Shown: piece by piece, positions 40,401-56,135 of the stretch
Layout: each line of letters begins with the position of its first letter
Numbering within the stretch: position 1 is the stretch's first letter
DNA from: Geosiphon pyriformis uo1
Taxonomy: Eukaryota > Fungi > Glomeromycota
DNA length: 64,000 bases
Assembly (NCBI GenBank): GCA_016748015.1
Contig: JAAOMT010000258.1
Location: 2,173 to 66,172, forward strand
Reading direction: 5' to 3'
The notes under the pieces: model-generated
What the model saw: the letters and a program-made list of their open reading frames with translations, nothing else
The model's database searches: none
What the model was told of the DNA's origin: nothing
Position numbers and translations under genes: made by a program

Positions 40401-43400
40401 AGACTATTGGACCAAAACACATTATTATTACAATGCCATAGAGAATGCTATGACTATCCAAAAAAACATGGCAAGTGGAATAACAAACCATGTCTTACTT
40501 GTGGTAAACAATTACTTAATGAGAGAATGTAAAATAACATTTCTGGTTGAAGAGAAATGTGTGATGCTTTATGCTAGTACATGATCCTTATAAGTAATTG
40601 GATTAGTCATAGCACACCTATTATTGCTGCATGACACTGAGTAATTTCTTGTCTGAATGATTATTTACATGACAAAAATAAGATCTGGTAAATGGTCAAT
40701 GCCAAAATAAAAAGTGCTTTGTTCAGTAAGATCCTAGAAATAAAAAACAATTCTTTAAAACCAGTTGATATCATCCTCATCTCCAATCCAAATGCATTTT
40801 TAGATATTGAAACAGGTCCAGAAGAATTTCATGAGCATTACCAGAATTTGGCACTAACAAGAAAAGAGCAAGAACAGCACTTAGAAGAAATAAATATCTG
40901 ATTATGTGACTACTGTTTAATTCCATGTGACTTTCAATATTGTAATGAGTGTGACCTCATCTACAATCTACCACTACACATGATCTACACAATTCCAGAA
41001 GAAGAACCAATCAGCAACTGTACATCAGAATTGGAATCAATATTCTATCTCAATTCAAACTCTGACAACAATGATAATAAAAACAACAGTTCCAGCTCTA
41101 TTTAAAATGACAATAATAGTAACAACAGTTCAAACTCTGATTTAAACTCAGAACAATATATTGTACTTTCTGATCTTACCAAGAAGCAGGAACTTAAATG
41201 GTTCAGTGATAATAATGAAAATATCATGCCAAAATGCACACATAATATTAATGTAGAATTTGATCTGAAATATCCAGGAAAAGATGCTATCAAATTGGAA
41301 TCACATTCATGCATCTGCATTAATCTCAAAGTAGCACTGAAAATTTTAGCAACAATAATGGTTTAATTAGCATCTAGAAATAATTTAGCAAAAAGAGGAA
41401 TCAATATCCAAGGAGAAATAATTGACACAAAATATGTAGAAAATATTATCACAATGCTACAAAATAACTTAGAAAAAGTCTATATTATAGAGCCAAACAA
41501 AAAAATACCATAGACAATATTCCTGTTTTTGGTTAAAATAACTTAATTAGTATCAGTAGAAAACAGAGAAGAATTAAAAATTACAGCTAGAGGGATTAGT
41601 GGATTCAAATCTATAGAGAAAATAGATATACCACTAAATATAACTAAGAAAAAAATTGTTGAAAAAGAAGAAATCATTTTCACTCATCAATCAATTTTTA
41701 TTCTGCTATATAACTAATACATGTTAGTCATAGAAAGGAGAGTAAAAGATAAAGCTTAAATTTTTGAAGTGGAAACTACTATTTGTAAATCAGGAAAAAT
41801 TAGATTTATTAATATTTACATACCAGCCAAAAGCTTAAAACATATAAAAATTTCTATTTACAACACAATAGAGAATGTTATTAAGATATCAAAAAGAACC
41901 ACCATCAGATATATAAGCACTAAGATTAAAAAACAACTACTAAACCTTATTTCAGACTTTTCACAACTGTGTGAATATGTAGATATTATATTACAAACAA
42001 TATACAGACAAAAAGAATATTATTTGCTCTAACTGGAACAATTAGAACAAATAAACTTGAAAAATTTAGACCCACTACAATATATGCAGCTAAAGATATT
42101 ACTCAACAACTTCAACAATATCTTTGCTAGTAAAAATGAATTTGGCAGAACTGACATAATTCAATATCAGATCAAGATTGGAGATACAATGTCAATCAAA
42201 CAAAAAGCATATTGAATACTACTAGCAAGCCATGAAATCATCTGATAAGAAATCAATTGGATGTTAAACAATAAGTTAATTCAATTATCAATAAATCTAT
42301 GGTCATTGCCAATAGTACTAATCTATAAGAAGAATAAAAAAATCTGCTTTTGTGTTAATTACCAAAAACTTAATAGAGTTACAAAAAGAGATAGCTATTC
42401 AACTCCAAAGATCCAAGAACTTTTTGATGCTTTTGGAGAAAAAAAATGGTTTTCAACTTTAAACTTAGACAGTAGTTACTAATAAGTAGCCATAAAACAA
42501 GAAAATAAAGAAAAAACAGCTTTTACAATCCAAGAAAGAAATTTTGAATTTGAATTTATGCTTTTTGGCTTAATGAATGCTTCAGCTATATTTTAATGGC
42601 TTATAAAAATTGTCTATACTGGATTATTGTGGAAATCAGTAGTTGTTTACTTAGATAACACTAATGTGTTCTCTAAGACATTTAATGATCATTTACACTA
42701 TCTTCAACAAGTATTTGAAAGACTAAGAAGAGCCAGATTAAAGTTAAATGCCACCAAATACTTTTTTGGCAAAACAGAATTAAAATTTTTAGAACATATT
42801 GTGAGCAAAGATAGAATCAAGATAAATTCAGATAAGATTAAGATAGTTAAAAACTTTCCAGTATCTATTAACTTGACTGAATTACAAGCATTTTTAAGAT
42901 TTGTGAGTTACTATTACCACTTTATCAAAAACTTTTCCAAACTGGCTCAGCCATTATATTAGCTTTAAATAAAGAACACCAAATATGAATGGATAGAAAA
43001 CCAGCAAAAAGCTTTTGATACATTAAGAAGAAAACTTATTTAAGCTCTAGTACTGATCTATTCAGATCATAGCAAGCCATTTATAATTACAACTGATGTA
43101 TCAGGTCAAGCATTAGAACACTTAGCTATCTATTAGGCAGTCATGAAATAGAAAAAATACTTGAGCCAAAAATTCAACCTATACACTAACCATAAAGGAT
43201 TGACTTTAATTCAGAAACAAAAATTCAGAAATGATTACCATACTAGATAGAAAATAAAACTTTTACTATTTAATTATACAGTACATTACAAAAAAAAGAA
43301 AAAAAAAATAAAAATGCTGACAGTTTGTCACGAATGAGACAAATCTAAGAATATTTCAATCCAAAAATATAATAAAAAATAAATACACAAAAATATTAAC

Positions 43401-44750
43401 AACTTCAATATTTTATAAATACTTAACAGTTTAAGAAAAAATTATCTCCAAAAGAATAGAACAACATAAAACAACAATCCAAATATTTTATTACTTACAA
43501 AAATATATTATATTAGAAAAACAAAAAGGATCCAGACCAATTACTTAGAGTAATCATAGAACTAGAGAAAAAAACAATACTATTCAATATGTATTCAAAT
43601 CTAACAGCAGAACATTTTCATAAAGAAACAATTATGGAAAGAACCAGAAAAAGATACTATTGGCCATCTATGTATTCAAACATCATCTAATATGTTCAAA
43701 ATTGTGATGCTTATTAGAAAAAAAGAGGAACAAAACCCAGTAAACCATTAAGACCAATCAAAGTGAAACAACTATTTAATCATATTGGAATTAACTTAGT
43801 TAGATCATTAACAATTACCAGCAAAAGAAACAGATATATTGCAATAGCCATGAATTATCTTACAAAATAGCCAAAAGCAAAAGCAATTTAAAGAGCAGAT
43901 GCAGAATTTATTGCCAAATTTATTCATTAAGATTTGATTTGTCAATATGAATGCCCAAAAAAATTACTATTTGACCAAGGAACTTACTTTGTAAATAGAA
44001 CATTAGCAAAATTAAGTCAAAAATTTGGAATAAAAAGACCATTATTATCCCTATTATATCCACAAAACAATGACTTAATTAAAAGATTCAATAGAACATT
44101 GTGTAAAGCAATTGCCAAAATCAGTCAAAAAAATCAAGACAAATGAGATTTGTTTATTATTTGCTTATTGAACAATAAAACAAAACATTATACAAGCAAC
44201 ACTATTTGAATCAATATACAATAGAATAACAATACTACCAATAGAGATAGAAATCAGTACATATCTAACTGAACCAATAACAGAAGACAATTTCCAAGAA
44301 ACATTGTTAAGAAGAACATATAACTTAATAGAAACACTAAAAAACAAATAGTGAAAAGCAGCTAATAATATTCAAAAGTTACAAGAAAAACAAAAAAAAA
44401 AACACAATAACCAACTACTAAATAAACCAATTAAATTCAAAATTGAAGACAAAGTATTTTTACATTATACCAAAGTGGAAAAACAATGGAGTAGAAAATT
44501 TGACCCCAAATGAGATAGACTATTTTACATAGAAAAAATTCTAGGAAATAGAGCTTATAAATTAAGATAAGACAACAAAATTTTAGCCAAAGCAGCACAT
44601 AGTAATCGACTGAAACCATATTACTATATAGTATCATCATTCATCAATAATATTCTACAATTAAGAGTACAACAAATACTAATCCAACCAGATAAAATTC
44701 CACAAGATCTGAAACCAATCATAATTATTGAATCAAATATGTCAAATTGA
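37411..44750 (+). pseudogene. Element F gag-pol (knuckle ~39085-39126, dUTPase ~41226-41620, ~105-bp deletion in RNase H near 43115)
   Basis: ORFs 37517, 39532, 40692, 41769, 42261, 42627 and 43934. Confidence 0.92.
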
Positions 44751-45438
44751 ACAACCAAAAAGATATATAAAGACACAGTATATGTGACAAAAGCAACAAA
44801 AAAAATGGAAATACTAGATTATATTTACATCTTAGCTCAACAATTGTTTCAAGTCTTAAGTCAACAACAATTAAACATAGAAATTGTTATTAACCACCAA
44901 ACAATCTGTTATCAAAACACTAAACAAAAAAAAAAGTATATTATACTAGTAATCACAAAAACAATCAAGAAACTAGTCAGACAAAATAGTAGAGAAAGTA
45001 AAGAACACTTTTGGAAAAATACCCATTATGAATCTAACAGAAAAACTTTCAAAAAAAAATTGGAAACAATAAACAGAACAACTTCCAATACAATACTGTT
45101 ACTATTAGTTGAGACAAAAATTAAACATTCAGAAATTATATCTTGATAAAGCCAAAAAGATATTCAATTAAGAAATAATACAGAATATTAAAAATATTAT
45201 TAGAAAGAAGACAAATCTATCACTGTATATTAGAACAATCTATTGACTACATACAATATTTCAAAATTACCCAAAAATATTGTTACACTCTAACATAAAA
45301 ACAATTATTATTAACCAATAGAGAAGAATAAACAATGTGCAAATTAAAAATCTAAGAAACAAAGTTGAATAAACAATATTAAAAAAAAAAGTATTAGACT
45401 TAATTCAAAGTGAAGATTTTGATGAAGCTCAATATTAA
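44751..45438 (+). pseudogene. Element F ORF3
   Basis: The N-terminal half of ORF 44784-45146 (MEILDYIYILAQQLF...) aligns by eye with ORF3 of C and D. Confidence 0.7.
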
Positions 45439-46746
45439 AAAGAAAGAGATAATATTATTCATAAAGAAAATGTATAAAAGAAAATAGTAGAAAAACAAAT
45501 AGACCAATAGAAACCTAAATTATATATATATAGCAAAAGTGTTAAAAGCAGAAAAAAAAGAATCAGAACCAAAATCTTTTTAGTATGACATTTCTATTAG
45601 TATTATCAATATTAATAAATAATTATTTACTATCTAAATTATTCTCCCTATTATCAACACTTTATGTTAATAGTAACTGATACTTAATTATACTGGAACA
45701 ATAGCTCTTAATTACGGCTATTGATAGGATATTAACATTTATTGCCTTGGCTTATTTCTTTATTTTCTTTTATTTTCTTTTATTTTTTTTTGTTATTTCT
45801 TGTTGTTAACTAATTAATTAAAAGTTAAAGTGCTGAGTTATTGACATTAAGAATTGTTTGACAAAAGACTCCTGTAAGAGGGTAGACATTTGAATTTAAG
45901 GATTGCTTATTAGAGGATTGCTGACCACTAAGCCAAGAAAAAAATTAACAGAATTGCAATTTTTGGAGGCTACTGAAAACAACTATTGAATCTTTGTTTA
46001 TTATACAAAAGACTCAACCAAAATCTTCAGATTATAAAAACTTTCAAATAACTAAACTTTTAAATATTACCAAGATAATTCAGCTATTGAGCACCAAGTT
46101 ACAGATTTGTTATTTAATTTAAGACTCTAAATAATCACTTATAATACTGAAAAGCTATAAATAAAACAATACTTGAATCTCTGTCCATTATATAAAAGAT
46201 TTAACTAAAATTTTCAAATACCAAAACTTTCAGATATTTAACAATTATATTAGCTATTGAGCACTAAGTTACAGATTTGTTATTTGATTTAAGATTCCAA
46301 ATAATTACTTGTAATAATAAGATATTAATTTTTATTTTTTTTCTTATTTTTATATTTTTTTTATATTTTTTTTATTTCTTTGTTGTTTGTTGATTTACTA
46401 ACTGATTAAAAAAATTAAGTACTGAGTAATTAATATTAAGAATAGCTTAATAAAAGACTTCAAAGAAACAGTATAGAGTTTAAGAAATTTACAGATAGCT
46501 TACCAAAAGGGCATAACTGTCAGAATAAGCTGGCCATTATACTAAAAAATAAAATTTGATTGAATTATGATTCTAAAAGACTACTAATACAACCATTAAA
46601 TCTTTGTCTATTATACAAAGAACTTAACCATTAGAATTACTAATCATACCAGCTATTAAGCATCAATTATGAGTTTGTTATTTATTCCAACCATCTTAAT
46701 AATCATCTGTAATATTTGGTGCTTTCTGTAAAATATAATCTAACAA

Positions 46747-49700
46747 AAAACCAGCACCAATAGCAACTATTTGAAACAGTGGCAGAATCAAAAAATTAGA
46801 GACAAATCACTTGTAATTTGTAAAATTTATATTCTAACATTACCAAAATTATCTGGGATTGACAAATAATAGTTGGCCAGTAAAATTAGCTTTCAATTGT
46901 TATGTTAACAAATGAATTGTATACTATTTGAAAAGTTAAGGAGATCCAAAATCTGCTTTTAACGATTTTTTTAGTGAACTACTTTAACACACTACACTTC
47001 TACAAAATTATTTATTTGCACTACAAATTACAGAAATAAACAAGGAAATTGAAAAATACACCAAACAAAAATTTCTTATTATCTTTGCAGACAAAAGAAA
47101 AGAAAAATTGTAAACATCAGCAAGAATACCAAAACAGATACAACCACCTACTTAGAAGAAACCAAAAGTCAATTCACTAATACACCTATCATATTATTAC
47201 ATACTCAAAAGTATTATTAACATAACATTAGCAGACACATCTATATTTAATACAAAAGCACTATTAGCTAGAATCCTGTTCCAAAGTAAACAGAAAAAAG
47301 CTAAACTATTGGAAACTTATAGCAATTATTTCAAGAAATTTAATTTATAATTAACAATACTATCAAGACTTTAATCACTATTACTACTACCAGATTTCAG
47401 AGCTATTAGTCTTTGGAAAATAACAAATTTTGAGAAAGAAAAAAATAACAATCAGGAAATTAATATTCAAAACCCAATTACCAAAAACCCAGAAATTCAA
47501 ACTCCAATTGTTCAAATCCAGCCAAATCTGAATAATCTAAACCTTGTATTTATTGTTTCTTAAAACCTACCTCCAGTAATTGTAATAAATTTACCAGTTG
47601 TCCCAATTACCAAACAACAACAACAGCAATCACAATCACAACAGCAACAACTTTAACAGCAACCATAATTACAACAATAACAACTTCAACAACAACAATC
47701 ATGACTGGTACCAATAGTCTACACACCAATTGCAAAACTCAAGAAATTCACTAGTAAAAAAGACAATGTGCAAGTCTGGTTCAATGACATAGAAAAAGCC
47801 ATTATAGCCAATAGATGGGACAACACCAAAATATTATAGACAATTTCATATTTTTTTTAAGATACTATCAACTTATAGTATTAATCTTAATCCAAAAACT
47901 CTAAGACTTCAATACATTTAAACTGAAATTTTTAAGATATTTTAGTAATAATAATAGCATCAATTGCTTAGCAAATACCTTTATAAATATTAAACAAAGA
48001 GATATTAAAACAGTTACCACTTATTTAGGACACTTTTATAGAAACTTGCACCAAATACAAGCAATTAATGCAAATTACTTTACAGCACCACAGATTTTGA
48101 ACCAGTTTATCCATGAATTATGCAATAGCATTCTTCATTATATACATCCAATACACTTATAAACTTTCTAAGACACAGTTACTTATGTCCAAAATTTTGA
48201 ATCAGCTAAGCTGAAAGCTAACTACATCCAAGTCATTAATTTAATAATAAACAAATTATCTGAATTGGACTCTAAGTTGTAACAATTTAGTAATTTTGTT
48301 AATCAAAAATTAAAGGAATACTTAGTTAACAATCAAACAATTTATTAATCATTACAATACTGCAATAATTCAGAAAACACAAATAGCTTTCAAAATTAAC
48401 TATGTCCATTATTATCAATCAATCAACAGTAGTAACAAGAAACATGTAGTTTTTACTATTGTGGTAAACAAGAACATTTGCAATTTGAATGTTGCAAATG
48501 GTTAAGTAATCAATGATTGGAAAATTAGTATTAAAACTTCAATTGCTGGTTTCAAACTCTGAATTATTATTCAAATTAAAAATCTTATTAACCAAATTAC
48601 CTACCAATAATACAGCAGCAAATATACACACTGCCAATATATCAAATCTCAACACCAATTATCTATCAATCACAGCAGTCACCAATAATTTATTAACCAG
48701 CCACAATTTAAATACCACTACAAAACTCAGCTTAAATATCTAGAAATCCAAAACCAAAAATTATTCACACTCAACAAAACTGGTAATTGGTAATGATAAT
48801 ACATTAACTAATTTCCAGTTCATTACAACAGCCATTAGGAGCATGCCAGTTGAGTTTAGAAACAAAGTACTCTTAAAACCCAAGTTTTCAGAACTATTTA
48901 ACTCTCCTAGTTACTCCAAAAAATGCTTTATCCAACAATGTAGAACTCAACTCAAAGCAAACAATTAATCACAACATATCTCCAGCAACTATTACTAACA
49001 ATAAATTATTAACTGCTATCTTTCTATTCAAAATTAAAGAATTTATAACAACACCTTTTTTTAGTAGAGCTGTTTTTAACACCAAATTTATTATAATAAT
49101 ATATACTAATGTCAAAGTTAATAGTCAATTTATTAAACTGATTTTAGACAGTAGATCAGCCAGCAGCATTATCACATAACAATTCATAGATTAATTAGGT
49201 TGTCAAGTTAATTGTATTGCCAGCACCAGAATTATTACAGCTAATAAAATGATTAAAACTCTTATTAGTGAAATTAATGACTTCTTTTTTAAAGTCAATA
49301 ATATTACCACTTTTATTAAAGTATTAATCATAAAAGCTACTTAATACCAAGCTTTTATTGGTAATAACTGGCTGTTTAAAACCAATGCAGTGTTCAACTA
49401 GAACACTCAAAAATTACAACTGAGCCAAAATAACTAAAACATTCAAGTACCAGCCACTTGTGGTTATTTCAAGACCACCATCAAAAAGCAACTATTAATT
49501 GAGTTAAAAGAAAAAGAAAAAAAACTTATCTGGAAAGTCTATTAAGTTTTATGGACCAAAAAAAAACACAACAAATTATCACTGTTACTAGTAGAATTTT
49601 AACTATTAATTAGCATGAAATTACCCTTATAATTCCTATTATTAATTAGCATATATTATTATTATTTCGATTATTACTTATTATTTAATCAAATTATCAA

Positions 49701-52700
49701 ATATTATTACTCAATCAATAATCTAATTTGTATTATAAAAATTAAGATAATTAAATTACACAATACCCTGAACCATTTAATATAGTTAAAATTCGCCGAA
49801 ATTAATAAAAATTGGCCGAAATAATCAATAGTTCAGTAAAATAATTTGTAGTTTACTGAAATGTATCTTTAATTTACCAAAATTAAAGCAAAGAAAAAAA
49901 TGTAAATTTAAAAACTAGTATTACAACAAGTTGTATAAAAGAAGAACTTCTCTCTTCAAAAAAATGTATTTTTTTATAATATCTTACCATAGTATCTTAT
50001 TTTAGATATCTTAATTAGAACAAATTACTTTTTAAACATCTTAAATAAAAATTAAATATTTAAAAACCAAATTTTTTGATTATTATACTTGAAATTCTCT
50101 CAACACAACTAACATTTTAAAATTGATTAGCTATCAATTTCAGTAGTCTGTTAGTAATTCCAGGCCTGAATAGAGAACATTTTTTTTGATAAAATTCTAT
50201 TTCTTTTATATTTCTTTTATTTTTATTTTTTTTTCTTATTATAATCATTAGAGTAGCCTACAAACAAAATTTCTGTAAAAGAGTTAACTTTTACAGCAAA
50301 GTAATTACACATTTTTAGTGAGCTTCTAGACGAGCAATTCCTAAGAAAGAGTTGATATTTACTACAATATAACTACATAAAGTAACTGGTATGAAATTAA
50401 CTATTCTATTTATAAATACAGCAGTTCAAATTATAAGAGATAATTTGAAGATAAATTCAATTATTGGAGGTTCAATTGCTTCCAGAAAACGTAAAATTAG
50501 CAACAGATAAACAGTAACAACATTCAAGAAAAGAGACCAAAAATCTTTAGTAACATTATTTATATCTTGCTGAGAAAAAAAGAGAAAAAAAAAAGAAAAA
50601 AAAATCTATTTTAGCTACTATTTTTACTTATATTCTATATACTACTTCTTATGCCAACTTACAGTATTATCAGCCAAAGTTAGTTTGCATTAATTGTAAC
50701 AAAAAATTGTTATCAATAGGCATATGTTGTTATAATGATAAGAAATAGCCCATAATAATAAAATATTACTGTCATTCATGTATTTTTGAATATTTTGGAC
50801 AACTGAAGTAACAAAGAAAATAGGACAATAAGTCTTGTCTTATATATGAAACAATTTTTACTGATAAAAAAATATGGAATAACATTTTTGGATGAGGCAA
50901 AATATGTGATAAAATATGTTAGTACACAATTTTAATCAATAATTGAATACAAAAAAAAACTCTAATTAATAATGCTTGAAAACAAGCACTAAAATACCTA
51001 AAAAAATACTTACATAATAAACACAAGATTTGGAGAATGGCAAGTATCAAGATTGAAAGTACTTTCTTTAGTGAGCTGTTAGAAATTAAGAATAATCTAC
51101 TTATACTACTCAAACCAAAATACATTCTCACTTTTGACATCTTTGATAATGTTAAAGATAATTCAGAGCAATTCTATAAACACTATCAAGACTTGGCACC
51201 TACATGAAAAGAGCAAAAACAGTATTTAAAAGAGTTAAAAACCTGACTATGTAACCATTGTTTAATTTTATGTGACTTTAGGTATTGTAATAATTGTAAT
51301 TTTATCTAAAATTTACCATTACAAATAATCTATTTAATCTTCAAGAAAAAAAAACCAATCAAAAAATGCATCTCAGAATTGGATTTAAACTTCAATTACA
51401 ATTTAAACTCCAACAATAACAACAACAACAACAATGGCTCCAATTTTGTCTAAACTGACAACTTAACTGACAATAAATTAAACTTTGACAAAAACTCAAA
51501 ACAATATATTATACTTTCAGACTTTACAAAGATACAAGAACTAAAATGGTTTAGTGATTATAATGATAGTATTATGTCAGAATAAGTACATGATACTAAT
51601 GCAGAATTTGATTTAAAATATCCAGAAAAATATGTTATAATATTAGAACCCAATATATGCACTTGTATTGATCTAAAAATAGTATTAAAAATACCAGCAA
51701 CAATCATGGTTTAATTAACATCTAGATTTAGTTTAGCAAAAAAGAAAATTAACATCAGAGAAGGAATAATTGATGCAAAATATGTAAAAAATATCATTGC
51801 AATGCTACAAATGATTTAGAAAATCATATATTATTAAACCAAATAAAAAAATAACACAAACAATATTTTTATTTTTAGTAAAAATAGCTCAGTTAGTATT
51901 GGTAGAAACAAAGAAAAAGTTATAAATTATATCAAGAAAAAAAAATGGATTTAGATCAATAAGTAAAATAGATGTACTGATCAATATGGCAAAGAAAAAA
52001 ATCATTAATAAAAGAAAAATTATCTCCATTTATCAACCAGTTTCTATTCTACCATATAACTAGTACATATTAGTAATAGAAAAAAAAATAAGAAATTAGT
52101 CCCAAATTTTTGAAGCAGAACCAACTATTTGTGAATCAAGAGAGATTAGAATTACCAATCTTTATATACCAGCCAAAAACTGTAAACACATCAAAATTTT
52201 CATCTATAACACAATTGAAAACATTATTGAAATACCAAGCAAAACTATTATTAGATATTTAAGCACTGAAATTGAGAACCAATTACCAAATATCATTCCA
52301 GATTTTTTACAACTATGTGAATATGTGGATATTATATTACAAACTATATATGAATAAAAAAATACTATTTGTTCCAATTAGAACAATTGGAACAAATAAA
52401 CTTAAGAAACTTAGATCTACTTCAACAAATATAGCTCAAAATGTTGTTTAACAATTTTACTAATATTTTTGCCAGTAAAAATGAATTTGGCAGAACTGAT
52501 ATTATTTAACATCAAATCAAAACTAGAAATACTATGCCAATCAAACAATGAGCATACCAAGTACTATCAGCTAGCCATAAGATTATTTAACAAGAAATTA
52601 ACAGAATGTTGAATAATAAGTTAATTCAACTATCAATAAGTTCATGGTTATTATTAGTAGTACTAGTCTGAAAGAAAAATAAAAAAATTTATTTTTGTGT

Positions 52701-55700
52701 AGATTACAGAAAACTTAACAGTGTTACTTGTAAAAACAATTATCCAACTCCATAAATTCAAGAATTATTTGACATGTTTAGAGAAATGAAATAGATTTTC
52801 ACATTAGATTTGGATAATAATTATTGGCAAGTAGTCATGAATTCAGCTGACAAAAAAAACCAGCATTCACTACATAAGAAAAGAATTTTAAATTTAATAT
52901 TATGCTATTTGGCTTAATGAATATACCAGCCACTTTTTAATAACTATTGAAAATTGCTTATACTGAATTATTATAGAAATCAGTAGTAGTCTACTTGGAT
53001 AATATCAATGTATTTTTCAAAACATTTGATAATTATCTTCATTATTTTCAACAAGTGTTCAAAAGATTAAAAAAATTTGGATTAAAATTAAATGCAATCA
53101 AATGCTTTTTTGGTAAAACAAAACTGAAGTTTTTAAGACATGGTATAAGCAAAAATGGCATCAAGACAGATCCAAACAAGATTAAAATTGTTAAGAACTT
53201 TTTAGTATTAACAAATCTTATTGAATTAAGAGCATTTTTGGAATTTGCTGAATACTACTACTGCTTTATCCAAAACTTTTCCAAATTGGCTCAACCATTC
53301 TACTAGCTTTAGGCCAAGAATGTAAAATATGAACTAAAACTCAGCAAAAAGCCTTTAACATTTTAAGAAAAAAACTTATTTAAGCCTTAGTATTAATTTA
53401 TTTGAATTATAGCAAACTATTTATATTCACCACTGATATATTAAGCCAAGCATTAGAAGCCATACTATTACAAAAAAACCAGATAGAAGAGAATATCCAA
53501 TAGTATATATTAGCCAAAACTTAAGTCCAGCTAAAAAAACTATAAAACTCTAGCACTAAAACATTTGGCTATTTATTAGGCAATCATCTAATAGAAAAAA
53601 TACTTGAATCAAAAGTTTAACATATACATTGATCACAAAAAATTAACATTAATTCAGAAACAAAAATTTGGAGACAACTATCATGCAAAATAGAAAATAA
53701 AATTTTCACTATTTAATTATATTATATATTATAAAAAGAAAAAAAAAATGAAAATACCAACAGTTTGTCACAAATAAAACAAATCTAAAAATATTTTAAT
53801 CCAAAAATATAACAAAAAATGAACACACAAAAATATTTACAATTCCAACATTATATTAATATCCAACAGTTTAAGAAAAAATTATCTTAAAATAAACAAA
53901 ACAACATAAAACAACAATCAAAATATTTTATCATTCACCAAATATATTATATTAGAAAAACAAAAAAAATTCAGATTAATTACTTAAAGTAATCACAAAA
54001 CCAGAGAAAGAAACAATACTATATAACATGCACTCAGATCTATCAGCAGAACATTTTTATAAAGAAACAATTATAGAAAGAACCAAAAAAAAATATTATT
54101 AGCTATCAATATATTCAGATATCATTTAATACATTCAAAATTGTAAAACTTGTCAGAGGAAAAAAGAAACAAGACTCAGTAAACCACTAAAACTAATTAA
54201 AGTGAAATAACTATTTGATTAAATTGAAATTAACTTAGTTGAATTATTAACAATAACTAGTAGAAACAATCATTATATAGCAGTAGCCATAAATTATCTC
54301 ATCAAATGGCCAGAGACAAAAGCAATCCAAAAAACAGATGTAAAATTCATAGCCAAATTCATCTAACAAAAATTAATTTGTTAACATAGATGTCCAAAAA
54401 AATTATTATTAGATCAAAGAACTTATTTTGTGAACAAAACACTAATAGAATTGAGTCAAAGATTTGGAATTAAAAGACCATTATCATCATTATATTATTC
54501 ACAAACAAATGACTTAGTTGAAAGATTCAACAGAATATTGTGTAAAGCAATAATCAAAATTAGCCAAAAAAACCAGAATAAATGAGATTTGTTTATACTA
54601 TCAGTACTATTTGCTTATCAAACAATAAAGCAAAATACCATACAAGCAACATCATTTGAACTTGTTTATTATAGAACAGCAATATTACCAATTAAAATAA
54701 ATATTAACACATATTTAACAGAACTAATAACAGAAGCCAATTTAGAAAAAACATTGTTGAGAAAAACATATGAATTAATAGAAACTTTAGAAAACAAAAA
54801 AACAAAGAGCAGTTAATAATATTCAAAAGTCACAAAAAGAATGACACAATAACCAATTATCAAATAAACCAGTTAAATTCAAAATTAGACACAAAGTACT
54901 TTTATATTATACCAAAATAGAAAAACAATGGAGTAGAAAATTTGACTTCAAATAGGACAGACCATTTCACATTGAAAAAATTCTAAAAAATGGAGCCTAT
55001 AAACTAAAATGAGACAACAAAATCTTAATTAAAACAGCATATAGAAATTAACTAAAATCATATCACAATATAATATCATTATCTACCAGTAATATTCTAT
55101 AACTGAAAATTTAATCAAATGAGATTCCATGAGATCTGGAACCAATTATAATCATTAATACAAACACATATAAATAATTAACCAAAACAATATAAAAAAA
55201 GACATAGTATATGTAACAAAAACAACAACAGAAAAATAAAAATTCCAGACTATATTTATTTAATAGTTCAATAATTATTCTAAACTGTAAATTAACAACA
55301 GTTGGATATAAAAATAGTTATCAACCACTAAACAATTTGCTATTAAAACACCAAAAAAAAAAAAAAAACAAGAAATACATTATATTAGTAACTATTGAAC
55401 TCAACAAAATATTGGTCAGATAAAATAATAAAAAAAGTGAAGAATATTTTTAAGAAAATATCTATAATCATTTCAACAGAAAAGCTAACAAAAAAAAATT
55501 AGAAACACTAAACAGAACAACTTTCAATATTATACTGTTACTATTAATTAGAACAAAAGCTGAATATTCAAGAACTATATATTGACAAATCTAAAAGAAT
55601 ATTCAATTAAAAAATAATACAACAAATTAAAAACTTTATCAAAAAGAAAACAAACTTATTATTTCATATTAGAACAATCTATTAACTATACATTATATTT

Positions 55701-55877
55701 CAAAATTATTCAGAAATACTACTACACCCAAAAATGGAAACAATAACAATTAACCAGTAAGGAAAAATAAACAACTCACAAGTAGATAACATAAAAACCA
55801 GAGTTAAACAAATAATATTAGAAAAAGAAGTAGTAGAATTAATCCAAAATAAAGATTTTAATAGAGCTCAATATTAA
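46747..55877 (+). pseudogene. Element E gag-pol and ORF3 (poly-Q ~47612-47700, dUTPase ~51574-51967, ORF3 ~55178-55877), interrupted by a solo LTR
   Basis: Colinear with C, D and F; ORFs 52995-53306 (RT) and 54589-54816 (integrase). Confidence 0.9.
49583..50555 (+). mobile_element. Solo LTR of family X (973 bp) inserted in element E pol
   Basis: tgttacta...tagtaaca termini; TSD tcac/ttat, differing only by C>T; colinear with 6800-7772. Confidence 0.92.
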
Positions 55878-55959
55878 AAAAAAGAAAATAATGTTACTTA
55901 TAGAAAAGAACACAAGAGAAATAGTAAGAAAAATAAACTAATAGGAGAAAAATATTGAA

Positions 55960-56135
55960 CATATAAGCACATTGTTAGTAAATTATAGCACATTGCTCAG
56001 CAATATGAGCAATATTAGCAAATTATAGCACATTACTTAGCAATATAAGCAATATTAGTGAATTATAACATATTGTTCAGCAATATGAGCAATGTCAGTA
56101 GATTAGAGCACATTGTTCAGCAATGTGAGTATTGT
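55960..56135 (+). repeat. Tandem ~37-bp repeats with a palindromic core (cacattgctcagcaatgtg) in the U3 of D/E/F-type LTRs
   Basis: About 4 units here and fewer at 15845-15960, 27085-27145 and 36655-36745; deleted from the LTR at 45453. Confidence 0.8.

Larger units (their letters stand above)
36578..46146 (+). mobile_element. Gypsy element F, full length (9.6 kb), inserted in D's 3' LTR; LTRs 36578-37378 and 45453-46146
   Basis: Matching LTRs, PBS at 37381, TSD ctgg (36574-36577) / ctga (46147-46150). Confidence 0.92.
27080..46316 (+). mobile_element. Gypsy element D: 5' LTR (17081-17156 flipped, plus 27080-27781), body 27782-35975, 3' LTR split by element F (35976-36577 and 46147-46316)
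   Basis: LTR pieces are colinear with each other; PBS at 27784; PPT aaaaggagaag at 35961; TSD atga (in the flipped spacer) / ataa (46317-46320). Confidence 0.88.

Noticed and set aside
55960-56135. CRISPR-like palindromic repeats
   Set aside because: They are degenerate tandem units without unique spacers, lie inside LTR U3, and there are no cas genes in this eukaryotic context.
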